DNA from: Bugula neritina
Lineage: Eukaryota; Animalia; Bryozoa
Assembly: GCA_964035545.1 (NCBI GenBank)
Contig: OZ037766.1
Coordinates: forward strand, 620,001-684,000
Length of the DNA stretch: 64,000 bases
Reading direction: 5' to 3'
In this document: positions 12,301 through 26,861 of the stretch, one piece after another
Numbering within the stretch: position 1 is the first letter of the stretch
How the letters are laid out: each line of letters begins with the position of its first letter
The notes under the pieces: model-generated
Told to the model about the DNA's origin: nothing
Seen by the model: the letters and a program-made list of their open reading frames with translations, nothing else
Database searches by the model: none
Position numbers and translations under genes: made by a program

Positions 12301-13849
12301 ACGTTTGAATGATGCGGAAAATATAGAGTAACCAAACTGCTATGTTTATTTTGAAAATGAAAATGGTATAATTATGTTAAATTGGTCACTTATAAACTTC
12401 CCCCTTGGCCTTATATATACAGAGGATATAAGCAGCCACAATCTGCACACAAGGGGGAGGAGTTTACCTCCAACCAACAGTTCTAATTAAACCATCTACC
12501 AACTATAACTCTTGACTTCAGCAGCATTTCCTATGAACTCTTTCAACACAAAACAGTTGAATAGATGTACAGGTATAGCTCTGGGCATTCACTGCAAGAG
12601 ACCTGTGGTGTTTAACAACTCATCAACCCTCCTTTGTTAGCTGAGGACATGGGCTTTTGTAGTTGCTAGGCAACAGATCAAATCATAACAACATAACTAT
12701 AAATACTACAGCATGTTACACTAGTGGGATGCATATAGAGATATAAAAATTTAGACTCAATCTGCTAAATCGTCCTTTTAATCTTTTTTTGCTATCATAA
12801 CTGAAATATAAACTTGAGCCGAAAAATCCCAAAACTTAATTTTCTGCGAGCTTTGAAATCTAACCAATTAAAGATGGCTAACCATCGACTTGTAACAAAT
12901 ATTATAAAGGAGAGGTAATAACTTGTGTCTAGGAGTGTATATAAGTAATATAACAATATATTGTATATACTATATAACAGGAAATATCCCACAATCATAT
13001 TCAGTGTATGAGATGTGAGCTGTACCTACGTGAGGTGCAGAATTTGGAGCTGTGACCATCGCATTCCTATAGGTTTATCGTATTCATAAAATATTCTGCC
13101 AATCGGAAAATATTAAAAATAAACGAAAGGAAGGACTACCTATTCGTCATGAACATTATAGATATGAGCATCAACTTAGTTGAAATGTAAATTAATGGCT
13201 AAGTTTACAAGTTTGGAGATATAAGAAATACCGCTTTTAGAGAGAATTGCCATAATTACTGCTGAATAAAAAAGTTTCGCACCAAAAAGAATAATTGCAG
13301 GAATATGTTTTAGCTCGAAAATTATCTTTTCAAAGTAGCTTCTTGTAGCTTTCACAGCAAAACCTCTCCTTATACTCTGGCATATTAACATTCAGATAGA
13401 GTATTATTTGCACTGGGTTCAGTGATTCACACTAATACAAGTAAACCATTTTCATTTCTAATTCAGGCAGCAAAGGCAGCAGTTAACGAGAAAAGATTAA
13501 TGCTCTATTGAAACCTTGTGAAAAAGATACGTTAATATAATTAGGTTAATACAGCAGCTAATTCAACATACTCGTAGTGTAGCTGTAACTTGTTGTTGTG
13601 TCTCTAATTAACTGAGGTGATGACCTCATGGACCACTCTCTTATGTAATTGAAGCAACTAATTGATAAAAAACATTTTAATTGTAACCTAGCTTATGGTA
13701 CCAAACAGCGTTAGCTAAACTTTGGTTGGTGCTTGTTTATACATTATGTAACAGCGACCAGAGTGTCAATTCATAGCTTTGTATCTACAAGTCAAAATAA
13801 ATAATTAAAACCAGATCATAATATATTATCAATGTTCATGTTGGGTGAT

Positions 13850-13910
13850 TCACAGGTAAACACAGGTAAACACAGGTAAGCACAGGTAATCACAAATAAA
13901 CACAGGTAAA
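13850..13910. repeat. 10 bp repeat (CACAGGTAAA)n
   Basis: About 6 tandem copies. Confidence 0.8.
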
Positions 13911-16652
13911 TTTATTGCTACTATATTGTCACAAAAGCTGAATTTAAAAGATTAAATAAAATTATTATTTTGAGATATCTTAAACTAATCTAATTGGTTT
14001 GCTGGAATTTCAACAATCAGCTTATTTTTTATATAATATATATAATATAATACAATATTGTATAATATATAATATATATAATATATAATATAACATTGTA
14101 TAATATTCAATGTAAATATAGTTTATTTTGGTAAATATCCATTACATCACCCTTTGGAAAGTTTAATCAGAACAAAATTGCACCACTTATAACATATATA
14201 CATTATATACAACACAGGTAAACACAATACAGGTAAATACAATACATGTATATAATATGATCATACATAATGCATGATGTTTAACATTCATATATAGTAT
14301 CTCACTTCATTTAATTGTATCCAGAATTAGCTTAGTCACTTATCTTTCCTTTTATGTCCACCAATCAATACACTCTAATTTACCTAAGTGTTTAGAGATT
14401 AAGTAGACCTGGGTTCTTCCTCTACATAAAGAAACATGTTTAGACAAGAAATAAATCTATACTCTACGCTATTATTAGAAAACTCCATTCATACATATGA
14501 GGTGCAGGTATGCTAAAACCCGTTCCTATGTCATACGCTCTCCTTGGTTGCTATTGGAGACAAACTATAAGTTAGTAGATATTTCTTAGCATATAATCTA
14601 AGTTTAGTTTTGAAAACTAATTTTAGCTCTAATCTCTTGTATACTAATACATTATATTGATCAATTCCTTCAAAGTATGTACCCAAGAATGCACTGTGTA
14701 GTGGGCAAACTTGTTAAAGCGAGATATAATATTACATTCCTAGTTTAGTTGCACTGCAGTTGTTGAGAAATTATCAATATGACTGTCTTCCAGCACTAAC
14801 AAATATGTCTCTTGCATACAAAGAGTTCTTTAGAATTATCAGTTGACTCAAGTCATAGTAAAAACTGAACCAATTTCCAAATAATTGAAATTATTTTATG
14901 AAACAAAATGATGAGCTAAAATGAATTTTCTAAGATGTAAGATTTACCCATACTTAGAATAGCAAATAGATATATGATCTAAAGACATCCAATTAATTAA
15001 TTAGTCAATTTTTTTATAATAAATAAGTTACACAATTTAAAAATACTAGCCTATATTCTTCATAGTTTTTACTTGCATGTAATAAATAGTAAGTCACTGA
15101 CCCAGTGAAAGTGACGTGTGTGGGATAGATAATTTGCATACTGCCACACTTATAATAAAAATATGTTATAATCTTAGTATGCTGCCACATGTATAATATG
15201 TAATTTGTGTGCTGGCGTATGTGTAATACGTAACTTGCGCACTGCTGTTTGTGTGGTATGTAATTTGTAAACAACCTTCAACAGTTAATTAAAATCAACA
15301 AATTATTGTGATTATAATACTGCATGGTCATAATAATATAATAGTAATAAATATGATATAAATAGTAATTATATTGATTATCGAAAGGGTAGACAACCCC
15401 ATAGAGCTGCATTCTTTGCTGCAAGCCGTAAACTCTTAGAAAAACTACAGTGAAATAAATGTGGTGTGTTATGCATAGCATTGGTTGTAATAAAATTAAT
15501 TCTATGAGCAATTAATGGTAAAATTATTCTAATTATCTAGCTAAAAATCATTAAAAGAATATCATGGCTGACCATTTCTTTTCCCTTACAGAGGCAAGCG
15601 GAAATGACTGTTGGGCAAAACAGATTTCCCTATCTCTCTACAAGTCAAAACTCTTTGGACTCTGTGATCACTAGCACACTGACTTAGAGATACACTTGTT
15701 GAGATGTGTTAGGATCATACTTGAACTTAGATGGAATCAATAAATGTAGTGCAATCAGCGGCTTGCGGCTTCAATAAAATCTCAAAACTCTATTTATTAA
15801 ATACTTGGATGGCATCAATTCTTTCCTAGTGATAAACCGAAAGCCGTTTTATTGCTTTACAGCAGAAAAATAACTTTTAACGTAATATTCTGTCAAACGT
15901 CAATCAAGTTGGGAGAACTATGAAATGTACAGATAGACAATAGATGAAATGGGGCTACTGAATCTGTAGGATGCTAAAAGTAAATTGAAGAAAACTTTGC
16001 CAGATGGTTTCATAAAATGGGAAGGAATCAAACAATGTAGTTTATATGCCATACACATCTCAGTATACAAAGACCTTTCTCTTTAAACTGACTGACTTGC
16101 AAGTGTACAGATACTGTGGGGTTTAGTCAGTTGAAGAGAGCATAGTGCAAAGTAGAGTGTCGTGATTAGTTTGGGTACAAGACACTACAGATATACAAAG
16201 GTAGTAGTAACTCAGGAACTAGCGGGTAGTTACTAGAACTACACACAGTAAGGGATCTGAGACACAAGCAGTTCTCTAGTTTATTTATAAATCATTTCCC
16301 AAAGGAGGCTGAAAACAAGAGACGGGCTTCCACTAGTAGCTGTATTCTATACTCTTCAGATGTGACATGCTGGAGGTACTTCCTGTAGGCTACAATTGTG
16401 GGTGGATAGTCTGATACACTGGAGGAATGCTGAGTTATGTAACATAAGTACAAAAGTGGAGGTGGATGCACAATTATTGTATACTAAAAGATACGTATAA
16501 TAAGTGCATTGAATTTACTGTGCAGGTGTAATGTTGAGTAATTGCTCAAAACCACATTAAATGAAAGCTAAAATTACCTCAACGTTTTAAAAATATCTCA
16601 GACATGAATATTCCAACAATTTGTCAGCCTACCACTATAGCCCTTGAATATA

Positions 16653-16808
16653 ACTGAGAGTATAGACTGAGAGTATAGACTGAGAGTATACACTGGGAAT
16701 GTAGACTAGAGAGTGTAGACTGAGGGTGTAGACTGAGAGTGTAGACTGAGAGTGTAGACTGAGAGAGTATAGACTGAGAGTATAGACTGAGGGTGTAGAC
16801 TGAGAGTA
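16653..16808. repeat. ~13 bp minisatellite (GAGAGTRTAGACT)n
   Basis: About 11 copies; explains ORFs 16624..16818 and 16635..16901. Confidence 0.9.
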
Positions 16809-17467
16809 GAGCAGACATATGTGAATGAGTTTGGGCACTGACAAAAAAGCCCCTATAAAGTTCTTGTCAACCATTGTATGAACTGTCAGAAAGCTTTCCA
16901 AACGTGAGGACCAATTTACTGAATGAGATATCTTACAATATAATGTTTAGGTGTTGCCAGGCAAATGTAATTAATGAAAAGGCAGCAACAGCATTAATGA
17001 CTCATTAAATATTGGTGGAAATTAAGTATGAAATGTTATTCAATATAATTATTTCACAACTCAGATAAATATTATGTTGATGCTTTGTAATATCTATGAA
17101 CTGTTACAGAAAAATGGAATTAGTTTCAACTAAAACCATTGAAATAAGAAGTATATACGCCATTCACTGTGCGTCAGGCAATAATCTGCGTCATTTACTC
17201 TAGAATAACATAATATATTGATCAATGGAGAAAAATATTATTTTTACAAATAAACAAAAACAAAAATAAACAGCTTGAAATTGCTGATCAGCACGCAATA
17301 AAAACATCACAATACAAAGTAGAGTGTTTGACCTAAGATGATATTGACCTGCTGTGATTGGGTGATTTGGTGATTGGGTGATTTGGTGATTGGGTGATTG
17401 TCGTAGGGAATATTCCGTACAGCAGTGGCAGGAACCAATGGAGAAGTCTGATAGCTTTCGTCAGTTT

Positions 17468-18493
17468 TGTGTGTTATATGTGTGTGTTATATCTGCTATA
17501 TGTGTGTGTTATATGTGTGTGTTATATGTGTGTGTTATATGTGTGTGTTATATATGTGTGTTATATGTGTGTGTTATATGTGTGTGTTATATGTGTGTGT
17601 GTTATATGTGCGTGTTATATATGTGTGTTATATGTGCGTGTTATATGTGTGTGTTATATGTGTGTGTTATATGTGCGTGTTATATGTGTGTTATATGTGT
17701 GTTATATGTGCGTGTTATATGTGTGTGTTATATATGTGTGTTATATATGTCTGCTATATATGTGTGTTATATGTACGTGTTATATGTGTGTTATATATGT
17801 GTGTTATATGTGCGTGTTATATATGTGTGTTATATATGTCTGCTATATATGTGTGTTATATGTGTGTGTTATATGTGCGTGTTATATATGTGTGTTATAT
17901 GTGCGTGTTATATATGTGTCTGTTATATATATATGTGTTATATATGTGTTATATATGTGTGTTATATGTGCGTGTTATATATGTGTGTTATATATGTGTG
18001 TTATATGTGTGTGTTATATGTGCGTGTTATATGTGTGTGTTATATGTGTGTGTTATGTGTGTGTTATATGTGTGTGTTATGTGTGTGTTATGTGTGTGTT
18101 ATATGTGTGTGTGTGTGTGTTATATGTGCGTGTTATATATGTGTGTTATATGTGCGTGTTATATATGTGTGTTATATATGTGTGTTATATGTGCGTGTTA
18201 TATATGTGTGTTATATGTGTGTGTTATATGTGCGTGTTATATGTGTGTGTTATATGTGTGTGTTATGTGTGTGTTATGTGTGTGTTATATGTGTGTGTTA
18301 TATGTGTGTGTTATATGTGTGTTATATGTGCGTGTTATATGTGTGTTATATGTGTGTGTTATATATGTGTGTTATATATGTGTGTGTGTTATATGTGCGT
18401 GTTATATATATGTGTGTGTTATATGTGTGTTATATATGTGTGCTATATGTGCGTGTTATATGTGTGTTATATATGTGTGTTATATGTGTGTGT

Positions 18494-18537
<44 letters not shown>

Positions 18538-19075
18538 ATATGTGTGTTATATGTGTGTGTTATATATGTGTGTTATATGTGTGTGTTATATGTGTGTGTT
18601 ATATGTGCGTGTTATATATGTGTGTTATATGTGTGTTATATATGTGTGTTATATGTGCGTGTTATATATGTGTGTTATATATGTGTGTTATATGTGCGTG
18701 TTATATATGTGTGTTATGTGTGTGTTATATGTGCGTGTTATATGTGGGTTAATTGTGTGTTATATATGTGTTATATGCATGTGTGTGTTATATGTGTGTG
18801 TTATATGTGTGTGTTATATATGTGTGTTATATGTGTGTTATATGTGTGTTATATGTGTGTGTTATATATGTGTGTGTTATATGTGTGTGTTATATGTGCG
18901 TGTTATATGTGTGTGTTATATGTGTGTTATATGTGCGTGTTATATGTGTGTGTTATATGTGTGTGTTATATATGTGTGTTATATGTGTGTGTTATATGTG
19001 TGTGTTATATGCGTGCATGTGGTAGTGTCAGGTGTGCGTGGTAGTGTCAGGTGTGTGTGGTAGTGTCAGGTGTGC
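17468..19075. repeat. Compound TG/TA satellite (TGTGTGTTATA variants), ending in three GTGGTAGTGTCAGGTGT units
   Basis: 1.6 kb low-complexity tract responsible for the C/V/Y/M/I-only ORFs. Confidence 0.97.
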
Positions 19076-19599
19076 TTACTTATACATGCAATAGTCAAGT
19101 CTTAAAATCTGCACTAAATTTCCTGTTGCTTCAGCTTCCACAACCTGAAGTTTCTCCAGGGAGTCACGGAAGATTCTAGTAATTTCTACTCCAACAAGTT
19201 TCACTGAAAGCCATGCAAACTGAAATTATAATAAATAATTAACGCCATACAGCCTACACTGAAAGGCCCCCTGCTATTGCTTATGAGACAGCATTGAGTT
19301 TATAGTCTGCAAAATTGCAATATTGAATGATAATTACAATGACTACTGTTTAATATTACATTAGATGTGTTCTATGTTGAATTCTCTTCAAGGTTATTTC
19401 TACTGCAACAGTAAAATATATTCATTATTCAGAGTATTTGCAGCAGTGCAAAAGGTTTACCTACAAGCTATAGATATAAATGGTGGAAGTATTTGTTTAC
19501 TCAAACTGCTTACTTAATTATTAGTTCTTTGAAATACTATGAAGTTCCTGGAATATATTACAATATGATATTCATAAAAATGGGATGCTTAGAGCATTA

Positions 19600-19724
19600 T
19601 ATGTGCTATATACACCATACTATATATTTCTTCATACTATACTATATATTTCTGCATACTATATATATATTATATGCATACTATAATATACTGTATATTT
19701 CTACATACTATATATTTCTACATA

Positions 19725-19821
<97 letters not shown>

Positions 19822-19874
19822 GCATACTATATACTATATACTGTATATTTCTACATACTATATATTTCTACATA

Positions 19875-19957
<83 letters not shown>

Positions 19958-20010
19958 GCATACTATAATATTCTGTATATTTCTACATATAGGCTACTAT
20001 ATATTTCTGC
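19600..20010. repeat. Two (TA)n microsatellites inside a tandemly duplicated ~140 bp unit
   Basis: (TA)n at about 19728-19816 and 19878-19951; the flank TATTATATGCATACTATA...CTGTATATTTCTACATA recurs three times. Confidence 0.92.
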
Positions 20011-21619
20011 ATACTGTACTGTATATTTACACATACCATAACGTATATTTCTGCATGCTATAGTATATATTTCTGTCTAGGGAGGTATACTAATATAATT
20101 ATCTTGATTAATGGGCATACCCTGGCTCATATTTGAATAGGTAATTTAGTTTGAGTATCTATATAATACATAGCATGCAACTGCCAAAGACTCAATGTAA
20201 ATAAAACACGGTATACAGTATATAGTATAATATAGTACATAGTATGACTGAATGAAGGCACATCTAAATATATTATCCTTGACCTTTTAAATAGATTATC
20301 CTTGACCTTTTAAATAATGAAGCTGATTTCCCGGAATGCAGATGACATTTTCTGGTGCAAATTTAATTGATGTGAAGATATTAGACTCTATAGTGTGCAG
20401 GCTATTTTACTAAATGTCTAACTTTCAACTTTATATGGAAACTCTGATTAAAGCTCCCTTAGCTGATAAAATCTGTGTCTTCTCATACCATCAGCTGAGC
20501 AAATGTGTGCTGAGATAGTAGTAAGCTTTAATAACGTTGTGATAAGTTATGGGCTAGTTTACTATAGGTAGAAAGGGGGTTGAAACCCACAACCTAAGTC
20601 TGTTATATAAAGCTGCACCATCTTTTCATGCACATAGATTCTAGTTTAGGTAACAGCTAACTAAATGTTATATTAAAAAGTTGGTCAAATGCTGTCAGCT
20701 TCAATGAACAGTATCCTTATAGAATTACTTATAAATTATTGACAAGTATTTGAATCGTCTTCCCACTTCTAACTTATTGAAGCTGAAGACAAAGCAGATG
20801 TAACTCAACCGGTATCAGGTGACCAGGGAGAGGGAAGTAAATCAATACCAATATTTGAGTTTGAGTGCAAAGTAGGACTCGGAAGTGATACGCTCGCTAT
20901 TGTATTGCACACTGCCTCGTTTCCTGTAGAGACGGAATGCTAGAAATTAATATTGCAGTTTGAATGTGAAACACTTGAGTGTATCATAAAGCACTGCCCT
21001 TATCAGCTGCGAACAGGTTACCTTGCGCATGCATACTCTACCTGGACAGATATTTTAACCCTACAGTCTGAGTGACCATTATGTTGGTGACCGATTTTTT
21101 TACAGTGAGTGATAAGCTGTGAAATGGTACTGCAGTTGCTGGGGTATTATATACTCTCCTAGCCCTTTCAATCTATTATTAGAACACTATAAACAGTTAT
21201 TGCTACTCTGATATTACTATCTAAAGCTGAGATGCGTGCAAAATCTTGTGTCATCTTCGGGTCAACCTCTAAACTCGAAGTTTATCTTTCAAGTTTCAAT
21301 AGAAAAATATATTTACTCAACATACTTAATGGATGCAAAATAGACAGCAGTCTAAATTATTTTCACTCTAATATAAACCAAAGTTCAGGATTCGTTTATT
21401 TGCTGATTTAATTTGATTAGCATGTCTTATGATAGTTACTGTGTATGTTTACAAATAAGATTACAAAATATTGTGAAATGATAACTCCCAATTAGCAGCA
21501 AAACTTTCAGAATAAAAAGAGGAAGCTGTGAAAAAATTGGAAAAATAGCTTTAAAAGATTTAAATTGAGAAATTTTTATTGCAAATGCAACTTTAAAAAA
21601 CTGCATTTCAACATTTTGT

Positions 21620-21678
21620 ATCATACCAACTTATGTGTCATACCAACTTATGTGTCATACCAACTTATGTGTCATACC
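21620..21678. repeat. 17 bp repeat (TCATACCAACTTATGTG)n
   Basis: About 3.5 copies. Confidence 0.85.
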
Positions 21679-22829
21679 GACTTTTGTCAGGTTTATCTAG
21701 TTTAAACAAAAAAATCTGTATGGTCCAAAATGATGGCTGAAATAAAAATCTCACTATTTGCCTAAGTCGAAAAATAACTAAACTTAATTTTTATTTTAAC
21801 TTTTAAGTTCTTCTAAGAATTGACGGCCATATACTTATTTCAGAATAAAGTTGTTAAGCTTTCAGTATAATTATTCACTGCAGTTCAAACGGTATTTTGA
21901 GCAGCTGCTACTAACAAGTAGTTGTCAAGTTGTAAGACAATATTTCAGTGAGTTTAGAGAATCGGTAGCTGCTAGAGAAAAGACAACTTCTAATTAAGAG
22001 GTTTATGTATGTTTAACTGCCTACACAGTAGTTGTACATAATTCAGGTGTAACATTTAGCTGAAACATCAGTAAACTGAAACTAGATTAATTATCTTCAT
22101 CAAAAAGTAAGAAGCTTTAAATTAAAGGAAGCCAACTCAGCTATAAGAATGTTATAATTTTATACAACTTTATTTTTAGCAGTTTGGGGGAGATTTTTTT
22201 TCAATTGACCTTCTTGTTATGATTTTTATTGCTTGTTTGAAAAGGAAATATAAATAAAGATACAGCTATGCTATCAAACAGGCATGCATGTTTTACACTA
22301 ACACAATCATAAAGATAAACAAAAAATGTATGGAATCTAATGTTTGTTTAATGTTTAGGACTACAGGTGTTGTGTGGTAGCTTAGCAACAGCAAGCAAAT
22401 TCTAGTTGTACCTAATCATAGTAGCTGCAGATTAGGATAGCCTAAGAGCTAGTCATAAGACCTGTTGAACTTCAATATACAGCATCTAACAATCTGTAGG
22501 AGCTCATGCTTAACACTTGAAAGATTATTATTAAAGCACTTTAGGCTATAGAATTATAACAAAGGTTGTAATTAGATGAATGAATTCACTGCATAGACTG
22601 TAGACTGGTACACTCTACTATGACTTGCGTGAGCTTAAGGCAGCACTGAGTGACATTCAATATGGCTGCTGCCGCACGTAGAAGGAGAGAGGAGAGTCCA
22701 GTAGGTAGTGTAGTGGCTACTTACCTCAGATCTGCAGCTAAAAGGTATACCCCAGGGTATATAGCATATACAGCATATAGTATAGCTAGGGGAGAGGGAG
22801 TGTATAGTATATATACTACACATTATTAT

Positions 22830-22901
22830 GTAGTAGTAGTACTAGTAGTAGCAGTAGCAGTAGTAGCAGTAGCAGCAGTAGTAGCAGCAGCAGTAGCAGT
22901 A
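22830..22901. repeat. (GTA/GCA)n trinucleotide tract
   Basis: Produces the V/A-rich tail of ORF 22650..22925. Confidence 0.85.
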
Positions 22902-23430
22902 ATATTGGTAATATATGTAAGCTAGGATTGCAGCAGAGGTGTGACAGTCCCTATAAGTTATCGTATATTTACTCTAACCATGTCATGATATATAGGACTG
23001 TTGAAAGACTACAATTCCATCTTTTTGGTCTAACATTTACATACCACTCTAATAGTACATATGATATATTATTATATTTTCTGGTATATATAATATATAA
23101 TCAAATAATACATATCTGTTATAATAATATATTATATATATGTTCATAATAAAATTATATATGTATTGCATATATTATAATATTATACATAATTGTATAT
23201 ATATGTATGTTGTAGTGTATTGTATGTTGTAATATAATGTAATTGTTGTTGAAATTGCAGTATATAGTATATCCCATACACAAGTATATATTATATTTTT
23301 ACATGTAGTATTATATATACAATGCAAAATAATATAATATAATATAATGTATTATATATAATACAATGTTATAATATGGTAGTAAGATTTAACAAAGTCA
23401 TACAATCCAATTGACAGCTCTACACGTAGA

Positions 23431-24367
23431 ATGGAAGATGAGGATGAACTGAAGTCAGAATCTCGTCTTCTCTATCCCACAGAGTCCGACCCCACAGGGG
23501 TGGATTCGGATGAGGACCAGGAGCTGCAGAGTAGTGGGGCACGCTACCTGTTCCCTATCAGGTAGGGGACGTATGTGGCAACACCCGTCCTGCATGCTAT
23601 TTCCACTCAGAAGTTCTATGTCTAATTCTGTATAACACATATGATATACAGTATGATATAAAATATATTAATTTAGAGTTTAAGATCCTTATTTAAACTT
23701 TTTGCTAAGCTAATGAAGAACAAATGAAGGCATTAATAAGGGCATTTCCTCTTTTGATGCAAGTTTTTGTTGATGAAAGTAATTTAGAAACAAAGAAATT
23801 ATAATTTATTTGCATTCAAATGTCCAATTATTTGATTAACAGTAAATTTGTTTGAAGTAATAGAACAAAATTTTCACTCTGCCCGTTACTTTCAGTGCCT
23901 TTGACCCAGAAGGAGAGACTGACTTTGCTGACAAGGATATAGTCAGAGATTCTATCATACATGACATAGTAACATCTCTAATCAGAAGGGCAGTATCCAA
24001 GGCTAATAGCTCCAACACCGACATTATCAACCTACAAGTGAAGCAGCCATTACTGTCACGTGATGACATCATCAAAGAAGCTTTGAATGAAGCTAAGATT
24101 ACCTACAAACGGCCTTCAAAAGGAAGGCTAAATTCTCGACCAATAATTCCTCCAATCAAACCAGTTGACGATCCCGACATACGAGAATTGATACGGAAAG
24201 GAAAATCTCAGGGATATTCAGAGGCGGCCATGTTGAAGACAAAAAGAGAGAATGAAATAAGACGTCTCCTTGTACCAAGCAAAGAAGAGGCGGACACAGT
24301 TGAGTTGTGGAGGTTGGAGGAGAAATATAGGTCATCTATAAACAGATTACAGGGCTACACAACGTAA
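23431..24367 (+). CDS. Uncharacterised protein, at least 2 exons, ~200 aa
   Basis: Exon 23431-23561 (MEDEDELKSESRLLYPTESDPTGVDSDEDQELQSSGARYLFPI; donor AG|GTAGG) joins in phase to exon 23896-24367 (TTTCAG acceptor; AFDPEGETDF...IIHDIVTSLIRRAVSKA...RLQGYTT). GC is higher than in the flanks, and AATAAA lies near 24466. Further upstream exons are possible. Confidence 0.7.
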
Positions 24368-25469
24368 CTCACTCTAACACTTCCTGTACATACAGCTTCA
24401 GTTTAGTTAGCAGCGGTTTTCACTATATATTCTATGATGTATTGTAAAACATTTATTGACTTTTTAATAAATAAAATCTATTATATAAATACTGTATATA
24501 TATATGCACACGCACAGCTCTAGATGTGACACCATGTGACCATGATGTAATAACAAAGCTATTCCTATGCAATGCCTCAATGAAATCTAGTCTCTCTGTA
24601 GAAAGATATCACTTTGTTCAAAAGTTGGACATTTTGTAGAACCATGAATTACTTATATATGTATATTATTGTATATTTTGGTAATTTACACAGTTTTACT
24701 ATATATTTTTGTAATAAAATGCATATCTATGTGCAAATTAATTGTGTTTGTATTAATGAAATGTAAAATCTCCAATAAACTCTGAAAGCTTCTATAAATT
24801 CTATAACTATAAGAAGACAACTTCTCACTGCTTTGAGTACCTTTAGTTTTACTAAATACTGTAGAAGTTATGCTAAAACAGTAATTAATTAACCTAAAAC
24901 TTTTTAACTATAAGAGTTGTAATCTTGTAAACGTGATTAAAAAATTTGACTTGCATGTTGCAAAATATAAAAATAGTATCTGAAAAATTAGACATTGTAT
25001 TATAACTAGCTTTAAGCTACTATATTGCTTTATATTGCTATATATGGTATGATTTGTTAACAGCCCTCTTTTACAATAAATTCAACAAGAGCTTTCAATG
25101 AGGTACACCATGCATGCAGTGACTAAAATATAAGAACAGCTTCCTAGTCAAAATCTATTAAAATAATGTTGAATACAACTGAAATCAGTTTGTAATATAT
25201 TACGTATATATGTGTCACACCCAACAAATTTAGTAATATTCAGTTTCACAACCTTTGAATACATTGCCTGTACTTAGATAGTTGAATGGAGTTGTACTCC
25301 CTATTTGTTTGTAAGAAATGTTTTATATAATCATGTTTGCACACCTGCATAACTATTACATACATATTAGCTCCTTTAACAAAGTGTCAGATATAACTTC
25401 AACATAGAAGATATAGCAAAGTTAAAATAAGAACATTTGTACAACTTCACACAGTAACTATAACTACTA

Positions 25470-25815
25470 TGACTATATCTATAGCATACCTATCTATAGT
25501 ATAGCATAACTATCTATAGTATAATAGAACTATCTATAGTATAACTATCTATAGTATAACTATCTATAGTATAACTATCTATAGTATAACTATCTATAGT
25601 ATAACTATCTATAGTATAACTATCTATAGTATAACTATCTATAGTATAACTATCTATAGTATAACTATCTATAGTATAACTATCTGTAGTATAACTATCT
25701 ATAGTATAACTATCTATAGTATAACTATCTATAGTATAACTATCTATAGTATAACTATCTGTAGTATAACTATCTATAGTAGAACTATCTATAGTACCTA
25801 TAGAACTATCTATAG
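25470..25815. repeat. 15 bp minisatellite (TATAGTATAACTATC)n
   Basis: About 20 copies. Confidence 0.95.
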
Positions 25816-26861
25816 CTGCTAGGAAAGCTGTAGGTCAATTATGAGAGTAGAAAGCGAAGAATTTCCTTTCTTCAGTAATTAGAGTTAATGTTATCAAGTG
25901 GCGAAATTAATTGGCTTATATTGAATTAATATATTTAATGTGAGTAGGTATTGAGAAGCATTATTGTATGCTGGCATCGGCAGCTCTCTCTGTCTAAGAT
26001 AAAGTCAGCAATTCATACAAGTAGTTTCTTGAACTTTTCTGCCGAGCTGAATGCATTTTTGGTACAAGAAGGAAATGGCTAAAGGATTGTAGATGTAAGC
26101 TGCACTGTATAGTAAGTATATAGTCAAACTTTATCAAGCTCTACTAACATATACAATATACATGTATATGTCCATGTTTAAAATATATCTCAATCACAAG
26201 TATTTTATAGTTGAAACCTTTGCAGTCAGCTTGCTACATACGTGTGCTGTAACATCACTGTAAGGGAAGTCTGGTGTCATTACTTGAGTCACTTGTGGAA
26301 CTTACCGGAACATAGCTATTTTCAAGGGCAAAGTTTTTACTGCATAACAGAGGTCGTGTGCTGAAGGAGTTGTTGAAACATTTACCTGCTGGCAAGTGAG
26401 ATTTAGGATAGTATTGTGAGTTATAATATATAACAGCAGTATAACTGGGAGAGGGTGTCAAATTGATAAAGAATTAGTTAATGTCATAATATATATTTTA
26501 CTTCATAAAAGCAGAAGAACGTCGACTCAGACTCCGCAAGGGAAATTAGACGACAGTCCAAAAACGTGCAGTCATTGACAGCTATGAGCTATTCCGTCTT
26601 TCTACTGTCTAATAAATCTAAAAATAACCTATTAGCTTAATATTTCTGACTAAATAGCTACTACTAGTGTTTTCCCAAGCTATTAAATAAATAAATCGTA
26701 GCTAATTTATTTCAGGAATATAACCTTTTGTCCAGGACTACTTGAGCTATGAATCGCTCAAACTACGTCCAGTACACACACTCATGTGTAACAGTTAGTA
26801 ACTTTTATTTAATGCAGGTGGCGTATTAAGGAACTGAAAGTAAATCAAGAAACTCAACACT

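Noticed and set aside
15590-16086. Acceptor-like site at 15590 and short protein-like frames
   Set aside because: Frames close within 30-45 codons, with no motif and no consistent donor.
17390-19063. 450-557 aa Cys/Val/Tyr-rich ORFs
   Set aside because: Open in all three frames because the TG/TA satellite lacks stop codons.
22650-22925. ORF MAAAARRRREESP as first coding exon of the 23431 gene
   Set aside because: Available donors give phases that hit stop codons when joined to the acceptors at 23417 or 23429, and the ORF tail is a trinucleotide repeat.
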